Translations under genes and position numbers: made by a program | Source: Callorhinchus milii | Lineage: Eukaryota | Length of the DNA stretch: 64,000 bases | Reading direction: 5' to 3' | NCBI RefSeq assembly: GCF_018977255.1 | Contig: NW_024704743.1 | Span: 56,608,001 to 56,672,000, forward strand | Shown: piece by piece, positions 35,538 to 48,929 of the stretch | Layout of the letters: each line of letters opens with the position of its first letter | Position numbering within the stretch: the stretch's first letter is position 1 | The notes under the pieces: generated by a model | The model's input: only the letters and a program-made list of their open reading frames with translations | Told to the model about the DNA's origin: nothing | Database searches by the model: none

Positions 35538-37267
35538 TATCTTACAAGTGGGATAACAATTTATATCTTACATCTTATTTTGGGATATATTTTAGGATTT
35601 ATATCTTACAAGTTATGAGGGTCCAAGTTGTGAGTTAAGTGTGGTTAAGTGGAATACAATTTATATTGTTGGTTTAGGTCTCAGCTCAAGTAAGCAATAA
35701 GTTGTAACCCTAAGTGTAAATTTTTAATTTAACCTTCATAGTGTCACAGATATTTTTACAGTTTCAGTTTCTTGTGGGTCTCAGGCTCTGTTAATATGTT
35801 AACACATTCATTGCACCTGTTTTAATCTTTTTGATGCAAAAATTGTATTGGAAATTGGTCTCAATGGTGCAGCTTTCCCAATCATCAACCATTACACAGG
35901 ATGATGTATGAATGCTTGGAGCCAACAGAAGGGTTTTTACAAAAGACAGCTCCAATGTTCTGAATTGGCTTCTAGAGCTGGGATAAAGAGAAAAGTAACA
36001 TATTTTTAAGTAACAGGTAAATAAAATGATTATCTCAGTGAGAAAAGGATAAAGTATGGAGAAAATTAGTAAAATGAAGTCAAGTTAAGAAAAGAGAGAA
36101 AGAATAGGGAGGAGAAAATAGAAGGAAAATATGACATGCACAGAAGATAAAAACACAAAAACAGTCTGGGAACAGACTGTTTTTGTGCTGTATTATTCTA
36201 TCTTACAACTTCCAAACCTTAGTCAATAGGGATGATTATGGGCTAAAATAGTGAACATTTCATTATGCTTGTTTGAGCCATTATTGCGTGAAGGCCCTAG
36301 CATTCTCTTACATTTTAAAATGCTTTATTTTTCAATAAAGTTGTATCTTAACATTGAGTTGAATGGGTTAGAGTTGGCTGTTTGTGGTTCATTGCTGTGT
36401 GCAAATTGACTACCAAGCTCACATACAAATACAATCATTACACTTCACAATGAAATCTTGTGAAGCACTTTGAGATGGTTTAAAAACGTAATAAGGCACT
36501 ATATCAAATGCAAATATTATTAGTGATACAGCAATAAAAAGTATTCCTGATCTCTAAGTAGCTTCATTGTTACAGTTTTAATATTTTCTTTAGCAATCTC
36601 AGTGGGTGAGCTGCAACGTACACACTGGGTTGTCAGCTCTCTAAGAGTTAAGTGAGAACTAAATTGAGGCACAGCTTGCAGTTTGGTTCAATGGCATCAA
36701 TGGGAAATCAATTTGTTCAGTTATATTTGTTTTCAATTGTGATGGCTTTGCTTTGAAACATTTTTAAAATGACACCAACGCATGTGACATAGTAACGAAG
36801 AGTGTGGCCTTGGATTCTGCTTTCGCCAGGCAAATAACACAAACAATACATTAACAAATTAGTAAGAGATTTACTGAACGTTAACATATCAGATGCTTGC
36901 AAATAGAACATTTTCTGAAAAATTCATGCAGTTTTGAAAAAAAGTCTTATTATTGGAGTGATGGGTTTAGCATGAGTGTGGATAATTAACAGGTCACTTT
37001 CATTTTTTCTTGCTAATAGACAGCGCAGGGTGATGGAGCACGGGCTATTAGGTCCTGATGTTGCACAGCACAGGCTATCTACATTGAATCCCAATAAAAA
37101 GATTTCCTGAAGTACTTTACCCCGTGTTGTACACAAGCTGCCAGATTTGATATTACTGAATTTAATATTTTTAGTTTAGACATGCTATGGATTGTTACTG
37201 CAGAGATGGATGGCACAGCATTTTAGTCTCAGTCAGTTCTTGTCTTTGCTGCTTTTTGTAAAACAAT

Positions 37268-37615
37268 GATAATACTAATCCTTACATTGGATATAGTTTC
37301 TTATCTTAAATCATTTCACAGGATTTTTGCTGTGAAGTGTAGTGACTGTGAAAGCGAACGCAGCCAGCAATTTGAACACAGCAATATCCCACAAATACCC
37401 TTCAAGTAAATTATCAATTTATCTGGAGAACTGTCTCTTTTTTAAACATGCCATGAGATCTTTAAAGTCAACCTTGGTTTAATGTCTCATCCGAAGGACA
37501 GCACCTCCAACAATGCAGTGTTCCTTCAGTACCACATTGAAGTGTCAGCCTTGACTAGGAGCTCAACTCCCAGTAAAGGGCTAGAACACACAAACGTTTG
37601 ACTCAATGTCTACCA
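37268..37615 (-). mobile_element. Deu-domain SINE
   Basis: CCTTGGTTTAATGTCTCATCCGAAGGACAGCACCTCCAACAATGCAGTG is a clear reverse Deu core. Confidence 0.8.
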
Positions 37616-39612
37616 ACACCGTCATGCATTTATATAGCGCCCTTCACATAGGATAGCATCTTAGAGCGCTGAGCCAGGCTGATACCTAAAGCATTGAAAT
37701 GCAGTTAAATCTATTATTATTATTATATAATGTTATCTAATGTTATGATAAAAAAGTGAATAATAATTACATCTTAAAAACTGTAAAGGAAACCGTTGTC
37801 CACCTAGAGTTTCAAAAGTGACCTTGAATGTGTATCAATGGCTCCAGCATTTGCCTTCGGGCACTGCGACACACTTTCAATACTGCTGCAGCCTTCAACT
37901 GAGGTCAATATTTGCATAATATAAGCAAGCCACATTAACAACTGCCAGATAATTTACGTCAAGTTGTTTTATTCTTACACATTATTCTACATTTTCCTGT
38001 TCGCTTGACATCGCAAACGATCTTTCACTTTTCCTTTGCGTTGTGTTTTATGATTTGTAAAATTAGAAACGTTTTCAAACTATGAGAGCTGCCAACTCCC
38101 ATTCAGTTGCAAAACAAGAAAAATATGTTTTGTATCACTGATAAGCAAAAAATATAAATATCAACTAGTTATTAAGGTCATCTGTATGTGGACAGGATCG
38201 TTATATCTGCCTTTGACAAAGCGATTTTCAAAGGCTGTATATTTGTGTAAAAAATGAATTGTCAAGATAATAAGACACCACTTCTGAGCAGCTTTAAGCA
38301 CAAGAAGGTTAATTCCATTGAAAACAAATGAACTGTAAATAGCACTTTTTCAAAATAGTGTGACATGAATCACACTGTCACAGTGTTTTAATATACATGT
38401 CAAATTCTGACAAACAGTACCACTGAATCTGTCATACACAACATTTCTTGATGTATAGAATTCTCTGCAAATGCTAATCCTGTCATAATTAAGAGCTGTA
38501 GGCTGCTGCAAGTTAATGTTGAAGTATTTAGCATGTGTGGGTTGCACAGGAAGACAAAGCACTTCTGAATACTATCAGCGGAATGATTAATATTCTTCCA
38601 AAAGCAGCATACATTTCTTTTAGTCTGATAAAATAATAATTACAACTCCTTAGAGAGCTAATCTGCAATCTTTTGTCCAGATTTTCACCTTGGGGACATA
38701 TTGTCCCTTGTCACTGAAACCTCAGGGACAGAAGGCTACGCCACAGGGAACCCCAGCATGAAAATGGGATAATGATGAAACAACACTCAATTAATGAAGG
38801 CATGCCCAATGGCCTCCACTGATATACCATATGCTTAAGAAATGCAAATTACTGCAATTTAAATGAATTTTTCATCTTAATATATGCAAATGTGTTTATA
38901 AGTACTATCTTATAAATATACCAGAACATTTTCAAACAAAAAAGTGCTAATGTTGCCAAATGCCTCTTTTAGACACATTCAGGAAAACTTTTAAGCAAGG
39001 ACTGCTTAATTATACCTTTTGGGGAAAGTGTATGGTAATTTGGAGATGTCAGGTAATACAACACAGCTCATCTGAAAATACAAATGAAAACAGATTAGAG
39101 ATCTAGGAAACAAATTAAATTTATGGTATTCCTTGCAATACTTCAACCTCTTAATTAGCCAGTGTCGAAACACTGCACTTTGAAAATTGAAATGGATGCT
39201 GCAGAATGTGGGACACCTGTTTTTGATTCCATGTTGAGCTGCATGTCTTTACTTGACCCTTATTTAAAGAATAACTTTGCAGGTCTCTCTCATGGTCTTT
39301 TATGATGCATTCCTTGTTAAGTGAAATCAATCAGTCATTTCCAGCACGGTTTTATCTGTGACCTCTTCATAATGCAGGATATTGATGCACCTCAAATTTA
39401 TGCCCCCTCCCCACTCAGAATATATTGCAGAGGCAGATTAGAATCTGTGATAACTTCAGATTGTGGGATGATTGACACAGAGCCTGAATCTATGATACTT
39501 TATATTCTTACTTTCTTATAAGATTGCACCACTAAAGTTGGTAATTTACTGATCAGCTGAGAATTAGATGCACTTACCAATGGTAATAAATTTACTGATG
39601 ATAGGCGAGTGC

Positions 39613-40345
39613 TTGAACTTGGTCAAAGTAATCCAAAAGGTCATCAATGGCTTGTAATGCAATAAAGCCCCTAGGCTGAATGGATCCCCTGTGGAATTCT
39701 ATGAAGTCCTTCTGCCTGAACTGATTCTCTTGCTGATGAAGCTCCTTCATCAGATAATTGATGTTGGCACCCTCCCAAGTCTTTCAAATTGGCCACAATT
39801 ACCTCAATACATAGGAAAGGCCAAGCTCCACAACCTGGGCATCCAACAGGCGTCCATATGATTCCTCAATTACACAATGTAATCTTGTAAATGGATTGAT
39901 CAATTTTGCACCTATCTGGATGTGCTTATGCCGATTTGCCAGAACTCTGGTTTGGCCATCAATCTCATTCCTGACTACTGTCATTTGCAGTCCAAGGAGG
40001 TGCCCAGCATGAAAGTCAACTGAGATTGCCAGGTGAACAGAGCTCCGGTGAGTTAGCGTGAGGCACATCCAAGTATGTCCAGAATCTTATATTGCAAACC
40101 CTATTATGAGTCCCCCAAAATTAGACCCCAAATCTTCATCAAGATGCTGAATTCTAAGACTGAATCCGGTAACCTCAGGGCTTGGCTACGCAGGCCAAAT
40201 AGCATTCCTAAGAGTCTGCCGCTCAGGGAATAGCACCAATTCACTATTCATCAAAATTCCTGCACTCAAGTGAATGGCCTTTAGTGATACATTTGAATAA
40301 TGGATCAAAACCCTCTGCTGCCATCTCTAACCCTCAGATCACACA
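39613..40345 (+). mobile_element. L1/Tx1-clade RT fossil
   Basis: Translates IQKVINGL*CNKAPRLNGSPVEFYEVLLPELILLLMKLLHQIIDVGTLP / SFKLATITSIHRKG (cf. L1 NKSPGPDGFPxEFY...GxLP.S...A.ITLI.K.G) and later FSDTFE*WIKTL (cf. FGxxFIxWIKxLY). Confidence 0.7.
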
Positions 40346-40545
40346 GACAATGTCTCGAAAATGATATCCAATTTATCATTCACTAGTCCTGTAATTTCTT
40401 CAACAAATTCCAAAAGATTCATGAGGGAAGATCTGATGTTTCATATAATGCTCCTCTATAATACTCCCAAGCATTTCCTCACTGCAGATGTCAGGCTAAC
40501 TGACTTATAATTTCCAGGCTCACGTCTCACTCCTTTTAAAATTAT
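40346..40545 (-). mobile_element. CR1 RT fragment
   Basis: Minus strand EPGNYKSVSLTSAVRKCLGSII (cf. PGNYRPVSLTSVVGKxLExII). Confidence 0.7.
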
Positions 40546-40574
40546 CTAGTGAAGGAGCCTCATCAGGCAAATGG

Positions 40575-40812
40575 GGAGGATAGGAGAATTATTTTCAGAG
40601 TGGTTAGGTTATAGAATACTGTGCCTGGAGTGGTGTTTGAGGCAGAATCCATATTCGTTTTCAAAAGGGAACTAGATAGATATCTATAAAGGAGTATGGG
40701 TATGGGGAAAGGGCAGATAAATGGAACTGAAAGGATTGTTCTTAAGAAGAGCCGGCACCGATGCGAAGGGCAGAATAGCCTTCTTCTGTGTTGTAAATGT
40801 CTATAGATCTTT
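40575..40812 (+). mobile_element. CR1 3' end
   Basis: CAGAGTGGTTAGGTTATAGAATACTGTGCCT...GAGGCAGAATCC...TTCAAAAGGGAACTAGATAGATATCT; uninterrupted paralog of 23530-24305. Confidence 0.75.
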
Positions 40813-41119
40813 GGTTGTTATCTTCCAGTTCTCAGGTATAATTTATGCAGCTCCTAAAAGAACTAACTACAGCAATGGCTAATTTCTAATCACATTTCCT
40901 TGAAATATGGTATTAAGGTGATTGCCATTTGGCCACCTAAATACTTCAACCAGCAGAGAATGAGATGTACTTGCCTACTAAAGTCAACAGGTTAAAGTTT
41001 CACTGCTTCAATCCTGTATCTCTTCATAACACATGATCTGCTGTGTTATAAAGTTCTCAGCCAAAGTAACTGGATCAGAGCTTTGACTGCAGATGTTACT
41101 TTCCTTACTTGTAAAAATA

Positions 41120-41324
41120 TAATAATAATAATAATCCTTGCATTTGATATAGCGCTTTTCACGTCTTCTAGACGTCCCAAAGCGCTTCACAGAATATACT
41201 GTAAAGTGAATTGACTGTATATTTGTGGGCGAACGCGGCAGCCAATTGTGCACAGCAGTGTCCAGTCGTGGATTGAAGTGACCAATTTATTATTGTTTTT
41301 TTCGTTTTGGAGGGATTATTATTA
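41120..41324 (-). mobile_element. 5'-truncated tRNA-Ala SINE (short subfamily)
   Basis: Reverse match to the 3' two-thirds of 17031-17347; loop variant TAGAA. Confidence 0.9.
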
Positions 41325-42204
41325 TATCAAGGGCCACTTTCCAAAAATATTGAATTTATGCTCAGGTTTTTGAATCCTTTTTAATACTTAAGTGCTCCAA
41401 GATACTACCCGCGTGAAGGGCACTGTATAAATGCATCTTATTGTTGTTCTGCTTCTTATTCCTAATCCAGTCCTTAGCAGTTCTATCTGTCATTTGTTTT
41501 TATAAAGTTTATTTTTCTGTGTTTTGGTAACTTCACTGTACTGACCCCATTTAGCTTTATTTCCTGACTGATATTAAGGGTCATTTCTACCATTGGTATC
41601 TATTCTTCAGGAAGTTTTGACATCTTGCAGTAATTACATATATTCTGCAATTATCCTGGCAGCTCTAGTGTATGAAGTTTTTTACAAAACTGTTTACTTT
41701 ATCTTTTCAAATTCTGCAGTGCTGATAATAAAATGCAGCTGACGTGGAGGCACTGGGTTCCCACTTTGAATGAAGAATCACAGAGATACTGCCAGGATCA
41801 AAATGACGTTTAATTCTGATTAGTGTGCAGAACAATACTTAAATATTTTAGGCCTGAAATTCGACCTATTCTGAGGCCAAGACCAATTTGTTTTAAAATT
41901 TATATTCAGGCAAAATTGTGAAAAAATTATAAAATGCAGTTTTAAATTTGGAAATTGTTTTTCAGCAGTTCTCAAAAAGAACAAGCTTCAAATTAAAGCT
42001 GAATTGAACACTTTTCCACAATTCTGCGCAAATTTAAATTTTACTATAAAACGGTCTTACAGGTGGACGAGGGCTCTTAATGTCTCAGTGTCCATCTCAC
42101 TTTTCCAATCTGTGCATTCTGTCAATTGACATCTACGCATAGATTAAAATTTGTTTTTCAGAATTAGAACCTAGTTCTTGTTTCAAGGTGTAATAATAGA
42201 AATG

Positions 42205-42530
42205 CTAATAATAATCCTTGCATTTGATATAGCGCTTTATATGGTTGGAACGTCTCAACCTCCTTCACTTTTTTTTTGCAAAGTGGTGACTTTATTTGTA
42301 GGAAAACACACAGCCAGTAATTTCCCATAGGCATGAAAGATACCCTTTTTATTTGGAGTTTTGTTGGCCTGGACATGGATAGAAATTTCCTTCTCTTTTA
42401 AATCATGCCATGGAATCTTTAACATCCACCCAGACAGGCAGACAGTACCTTTGTTTAACATCCCATCTAGAGGACAGAAACTCAAAAATGCAACCTTTCC
42501 TAGCACTGCATTGGAATATCAGCCCAGATA
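42205..42530 (-). mobile_element. Deu-domain SINE
   Basis: TGCCATGGAATCTTTAACATCCACCCAGACAGGCAGACAGTACCTTGTTTAACATCCCATC plus the SINE tail. Confidence 0.75.
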
Positions 42531-45500
42531 GAATAACCATAACAATCAATTAGCATCCTTTTCATTGCTGATTTCAGTGTGATACTAAGTTAATGAAAAT
42601 AGAACACTTTACAGATAGCATATGTCCTTCACTGCTTTCATCACTTGTGTGAAAAATAAACAAATCGATTGAAGTGATTAATCATTTTATGATTAGATCC
42701 ATGTCAGTACATGACTTTGAGTACATGAATAAGGAATGCTGCAAGGTTTCTAAATTTAAAGTCTTTAATAATTCTTGCAGATTGGTGGCTAGTTAGCTAC
42801 ATTTGCCTAAATTCAATTCCGAGCCTCATGTGTTACATAAATGCCTCCCACTACACTCCCTTGATGAAGGTGTTCTACTATCTCTCAGCTGGGAGATGCA
42901 GAACTTAATAATTGGCAGATCACTTCTGTGTGATGAGTGAATAAGGGTTAAATAATGAAAAGGCCTAACTGCATTGCCTGGTCATTGTAAAAAGGTTCTT
43001 CATTACCTGTCATAGGGTATGACCATTGCTCTGCCGTTCATCTAAGTTTAAATGAGTTTCAATCAAGCTACAGTACATTTTGAAGCAAAGTGCTGCTACA
43101 GTGCTGAGGTATCTGCGCACACATATCACTTTCTTCTGAGAAATCACTTCTCGCTTCTACCTCTTACGTTCTCAAAAGGGAAATGGCGCACTGGAAAATT
43201 GTTGCCTATGAATTAATTCCTTTAATGTTAAAAATGTAATTTGAAAAGAGTAGTTTTGTGTTAAAATGTGCATTTTAAGTGTGAAATAAAAAGTCTAAGC
43301 CTGATTTTTAGTTAACTAAAAATATTTCCTAATTAGTTGAAAACCTATTTTTAATGAATTAAAAGCACATTGATAATTAGATTTATCACATCAAACACAC
43401 ATTTCTTTGTAATTAAAAATAACTAACTGGTTCAAAACATTTCCTTATTAATTAAACACAGATTCATATCTAAAGGAACAATGAGGTTAGATTCTATTAT
43501 GGGTCAATAAAATGATGCCTTAAAATGTTTATAGCCAGGCAAGTTCATTTTGAAATTACTCTTAACAAACCATAAAATTATATCAGTAAGAGCATAAACA
43601 TTAAGCTGTATTATTTGTGTGTAAAATATAGTATTCATACTCATCAATAAAAAATGAGAACAAAGTTTGAAACCAATGTTAGTCGCTTCCTCGTCTAACT
43701 TCAAGTAGAAGTAAATGAATACTCAGGTCTTTAAAATTATGAAAGGAATTGATAAAGTGGAAATGATCAGGTTTAAGTGCTCTGGGATGCTACCCTGCAC
43801 GAGGGCACTATATAAATGCAAGTTGTTGTTGTTTGTTTCCAAAGAAGTTTAAATATAAGATAGCTACTAACAATGCAATACAATTTACATTTATATAGTG
43901 CCTTTCACATCAAGAGGAAGTCTCACAGCATTCTGCTTTAGAACAAATCCAAAAGCAAGTTTAGGAGGATTGTTTTTACACATTGAAGATGATAAGAATA
44001 TGGAACTCACTTTCGGAAGCTGTAGATGAAGCAGAAAATATTGACGCATTTAAGTAGCGGCTCAATGCTACACAAAAAAAAAGGCAATGCAGTTTATGTA
44101 AATTCTATGTAATATTGATCCAAAGGTTGGTCCCAATAGATTGCTCCTGAGTTAGAATATTTGCTTTATTTGTTGCAGAAATATTATAACAAATAGGTTT
44201 TCTATGTGCCTCTCTACTGGAAATGATCAGGTTCTGGTAAATTATTTTCAAAAATGTATTAATCAAAGTGTCTGGGAAACAAATGTTTGATGGTTGTGTG
44301 ATATTTTCTGTCAAACATTCTAGCAACTATGAATTTTATTATATGGATCCCATATAATAAAATAAATGAGTTCATGGAAATTATGAGCATTATGTAACAA
44401 ACATAAATACACAGTCATTACATTGTACTCTGAATCCAGTGAAGTGCTTTGAGATGTTTCAAAATATGATAACACCCTATATCAGACGCAAGTATGAATA
44501 TGTATATAAATAGAAATTCATTGCATCTTTAGGAATATTGTTCAACATAACAAATGAACATTTATAACCAGTAGGAGGCAATAGTTTATGTGGATGTTTT
44601 CCTTACTAAGGTGTTGCGATGCATTAAAATTACACATTAACTATCACATGTCCTGGTTTGGCTCTTATGCATTTTTAATGTCTTCTAAATGTTCTGTAAC
44701 TCAATTTGGGTTCAAGCCTTCAATTGTACTTAATTAGTCCAACAATAGCTACATGGCAGTGGAACCCCCAAGGAAAGGTCTTAATGCTTGAAACACACTT
44801 ACATTTTCTATTTATCATGAGGATATTGCTAATACATCGATGTCATGTCTTTTAGATATTCTGTTTATACACTAAACTAAAATAACCTTCCTGTGCATTT
44901 TATTTTACAGAAATGTGCTTTTTATGGAAATCTATTACTATGATTTTATACATGAAAAATAATACTACATCTGTGTTAATCGATCTCCCAAGTGCTTAAG
45001 TCTTTCACTTATTGCTTGGAATATTTAGATGAGTATCAAGGCGTTCTTTATATAATTAAGACCTGTGAAATGAGGACAGGTTATAAATCATTTCATGGCT
45101 TTGGCGGCGTGAATAGGTGGATACAGTTAGTCATGACTGCTTGGTCATTAACTGAGAGTGTATAATTGAGGAAAAGAAATTAGATCTCTGGATCACTGAG
45201 ACGAGAGTAAGACCTCTTGAAAATAAAGTCTGATAAAGCTTACAATCATCACTGTATATGAACAGAAATCATGCAACTAGGTCAGTGTTAAATTGGGTTG
45301 GAATTCATTAGTTTTAATCATTATAGATTTTTTTGCAGTCAGCAGAAAGGTTTACTGTGATCTTGCCAAAGTTGCATTTGCTTGTGGGCAAAATTTTATG
45401 TTTCCTATTTATTCAGCGCTTTTTCAGATAGTCTAATTGATGTATCTATTGAGAGTGAAGAACTCTCTTCAACAATCTCCATACCATGCATTGAGTTCTT

Positions 45501-45884
45501 TTGCAGGATTTGCAGAATCCTCCCCAATGTACATTCGCCTGCAAATACACAGTCACTACACTTTACAATAAATAATAATCCTTGCATTTGATATTGCGCT
45601 TTATCACGTTTTGAGACATCTCAAAGCACTTCACAGAATATACTGTACAGTGAATTGACTATATTTTGTGGGAGAAATGCTAAATTCTGTCAAGCTCCCT
45701 GACATGCTAAATTCTTTCAAGCTCTGCGACATAAATAGTATTATATTAAATGCAAGGATTATTATTAATATTAATAATAATTATGCAATAATGAAACTTT
45801 AATGATCACAATAAGGAAATAAAAACAGGAACAGAACTTGTCAAGGCAGAAATTGATATAGACCAAGGAGAATTAGTTGACTAG

Positions 45885-46460
45885 TTACTCACCATGTCAG
45901 CATAGCATAATAAACAGGACAAATAGGATGCTGCCTTATATTGTCAAATTAGTTGAGTTAGGATTCCCAGAAGACACACTGGCAATGCTCTAGTCAGACG
46001 GTACTTGGTCTACTCCATTCAGTTCTGTGCACTGTGTCAAAATGGGCCAAGACAGGCCTTAGGACAAAGGAGAGCAACAAGGATGATCCCCAATGTTAGA
46101 GGGATCATCTATGTGAGACAACTGGATATGCAGGGACTCTTTGGTCATGAAAAGATAAATCTCAAAAGGGTCTTTACAGGGGGATATAAGATGCCAAATA
46201 CTGGCAGTTACTCCAAGGCAGTAGGAGAGGAGGGCACAGATTCAGAGTTGCAAAGGGTAATTTAGGTTGGATAGCAGCTAGTTTTTCTTTACACCTAGGA
46301 TAATTAACAGTTGGGATGGGTTACCAGAAAGGGTAATTGGGGCCAGGATGTGGGAAGAAGTCAATCAAAACATATAGGATGGGAGTTTTGGAAAGAATGA
46401 GATCAATTGGGAGCCAAAGGACCTTCTTCATCTAAACTTCTCTTGTGATCTTGTGATTCT
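45885..46460 (+). mobile_element. CR1 3' region, (TCTTGTGA)-tail family
   Basis: LVRRYLVYSIQFCAL, QRRATRMIPNVRGIIY; ends CTCTTGTGATCTTGTGAT. Confidence 0.75.
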
Positions 46461-47784
46461 ATCATGCATCTCATATTTCCTTGCATTCTTTTCTTCCATG
46501 CATCTGTCTGGATTTAGCTTGATTTAAGGAAACGCAATGACAGTCTTCAGTAATCCAAGATTGAAGCGTTTGTGTGGCTTTTCTATTTGACATAGATGTG
46601 TAGACATAACTACAATCCCATGAGCCAAAGCACTAGTGGATGTAGCTGGCAACCACTGTCCTGAATGGTTACTTCTTTAATGTTTAAATTGATGAAGCAA
46701 GATCAGGTGGACGAATGAAGCACATTAAGCTAAAATCTCATAGGAAAAATGATTGCCATTTTTATTGTGCCTTATTGCAATGAAACATCTCCAAATTCTT
46801 CACAATAATTACTGTCAATTGTAGTGACATTCTTTATATGAACAAACATGGTAGGCATTTTAAACACAGCAAGCTGTGAGCCGAATGACAAAAATAAGTC
46901 CTGCTATTTTGTGCTGATATCAAATTGTTGAAAGATATGGGAATGTTGGTAGAGATAACAAAAAGAAACAAACTGCTTAATACTGTAGCATTCCAATTAA
47001 AAATGAGCAAATGATGCATTGTATTATTGTCTTGCAGAATATATTATTAATAAAATATACCTCATTTAATATTAATAGCAAAAATATATTGCTACTGTGT
47101 GATTAAGGCCAATGCATTATTGATAATAGCATGAATGAAAAATCTGCATAATAAATGCCGCTTTAGTGGTTGTTTTCCAGAGTCATCAAAGGACTGTGGA
47201 AGCAAAACAAACAAGTGGCAGGGTGCTGCTTCCTCTTAGTTTATCTCAATAAACTTTTTTCTCTTGAACAGTCCACAAACATCCCATCAATGACAACCCC
47301 AGTAAACCCTTCAAAATATAAGTATTCAAGGAAGCACACTTTAAATTGATCTACCTGCATTAGCGGAGAGTCAACTGCACTGACAATGCTGTGGGGTCAC
47401 GGCTGCTCAGAGTGTCAGAATATATTTAGCATTCTTGTTGGTAAAAGCTCAGCTATGGTTCTTTCTGCTATAGGTTCACAGTAAGTTAATTGGTTCCTGA
47501 GAATGTGCAATAAATTCAGGGTTTATGAACTAGATGTTAATTAATCACACAGCTTCCAGATATTTGGAGCATGCAGTGCGAAGTTGCATATAAAGCAGGG
47601 ATGTGCATAAATAATATGTCCTGAAATAATATTTCTGGGAAAAGTATTACCAAGCAAGACAAAGTTAGCTAACCAGCAAGCAGAGCTGAACCACTGTGTA
47701 TTTTAGTTTTAGACAGATTTCAAATCATAAGAGTAGAGTCTTCATCCATTCAATAACTGTGTTCTGGGAGTGTGTAATAATAAA

Positions 47785-48110
47785 AAATAATAATAATACT
47801 TGCATTTGGTATAATGCCTTCCACGTCAGGAGGACGTCCCAAAGCACTTCACAGGATTTATTGTGAAGTGGAATGGTTTTGTATTTGTATGAGAAAGCGG
47901 CAGCCCTATTGCACACAGCAATGTCCCACAAACAGCCATGAAACGAATGACCAATTTTTTTGATTATTTTGGGAGTTGTTTCCCAGGACAACAGGAGAAA
48001 CTCTATTTTTGAAAAGTATCATGGGATCTTTAATGTCCATTTGAACTGGCAAAGGGGACCTTGGTTTAACATCTCATCCAAAGGACAGTACCTCCAATAA
48101 TGCAACACCC
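47785..48110 (-). mobile_element. Deu-domain SINE, 5'-truncated
   Basis: Tail with CACGTCAGGAGGACGTCCCAAAGCAC; core CCTTGGTTTAACATCTCATCCAAAGGACAGTACCTCC. Confidence 0.8.
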
Positions 48111-48149
48111 CTCCCCCTGAGGGAGTGGGGACAACGGGGAGTGACAGCG

Positions 48150-48467
48150 ACCGCTATATTGAAGGTGCTGTTCTTTGAATAAAATGTTATTCCGAGATCC
48201 TGCCTGCCTGTTCAGATGGAGCTTACAGATCCCACGCCGGTGTCCTGGGCAACAATTCCCCAGGTAAAATTGATTATTCACTTCATGGCTGTTTGTGGGA
48301 CATTGGTATGTGCAAATTGATTGCTGAGTTCACCTACAAAATAATAATCCTTGCATTTTTTATGGTACCTGACAAGTCAGGAGGATGTCTCAAAGCGCTT
48401 CCCAGAATTTACTGTAAAGTGGCCTTCCTGACGAGAATGGTGCTATATCAGATCCAAGGATTATTAC
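48150..48467 (+). mobile_element. Deu-domain SINE, 5'-truncated, containing an antisense tail fragment (about 48340-48422)
   Basis: GCCTGCCTGTTCAGATGGAGCTTACAGATCCCA...GGTGTCCTGGGCAACAATTCCC...GTGCTATATCAGATCCAAGGATTATTA. Confidence 0.7.
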
Positions 48468-48929
48468 TAATGTCATTCTGATTTTTTTAAAGCAATACAG
48501 AGCATTGATAAATCAATGATACTGCATAGGTTGTTGAATATTTATTCCATGAGTGAAGGATATCATAAAAGGCAATACAGTAATGTCACAAGTGGATCAT
48601 ATTAATATTCTCTCCTGAACATTCGACTTATACAATAAAAGTCTCCAGTTTAATGGTATTTGTTAAAAAAATTAAAATTACAAGCCAGTTGTGGTCTATT
48701 GATGGGGTATGTGACTCTTTCTGTACAGAGAAGCATATTACTGAATGAAGTTGGGCTGTGGTGAATGGTAGGATTTCCTGGACATAGATTCAGGGAAGCT
48801 TGCTGGTATACTGAGTGATGTGAAATGCTTTGTTTGTGATACTGATGCAGAAATTATTAGCACAAGTTGCTCTGGTTACAGCTGGCGCTTGCTGGTTGAC
48901 TTTTATGATTAATCAACCAGAGCATTTTC

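Noticed and set aside
39734..39754. CTGATGAAG-CTC-CTTCATCAG perfect hairpin with a hammerhead-like CTGATGA
   Set aside because: No GAAA box follows, the box is sequestered in its own stem, and it lies inside L1 coding remnant; likely chance.
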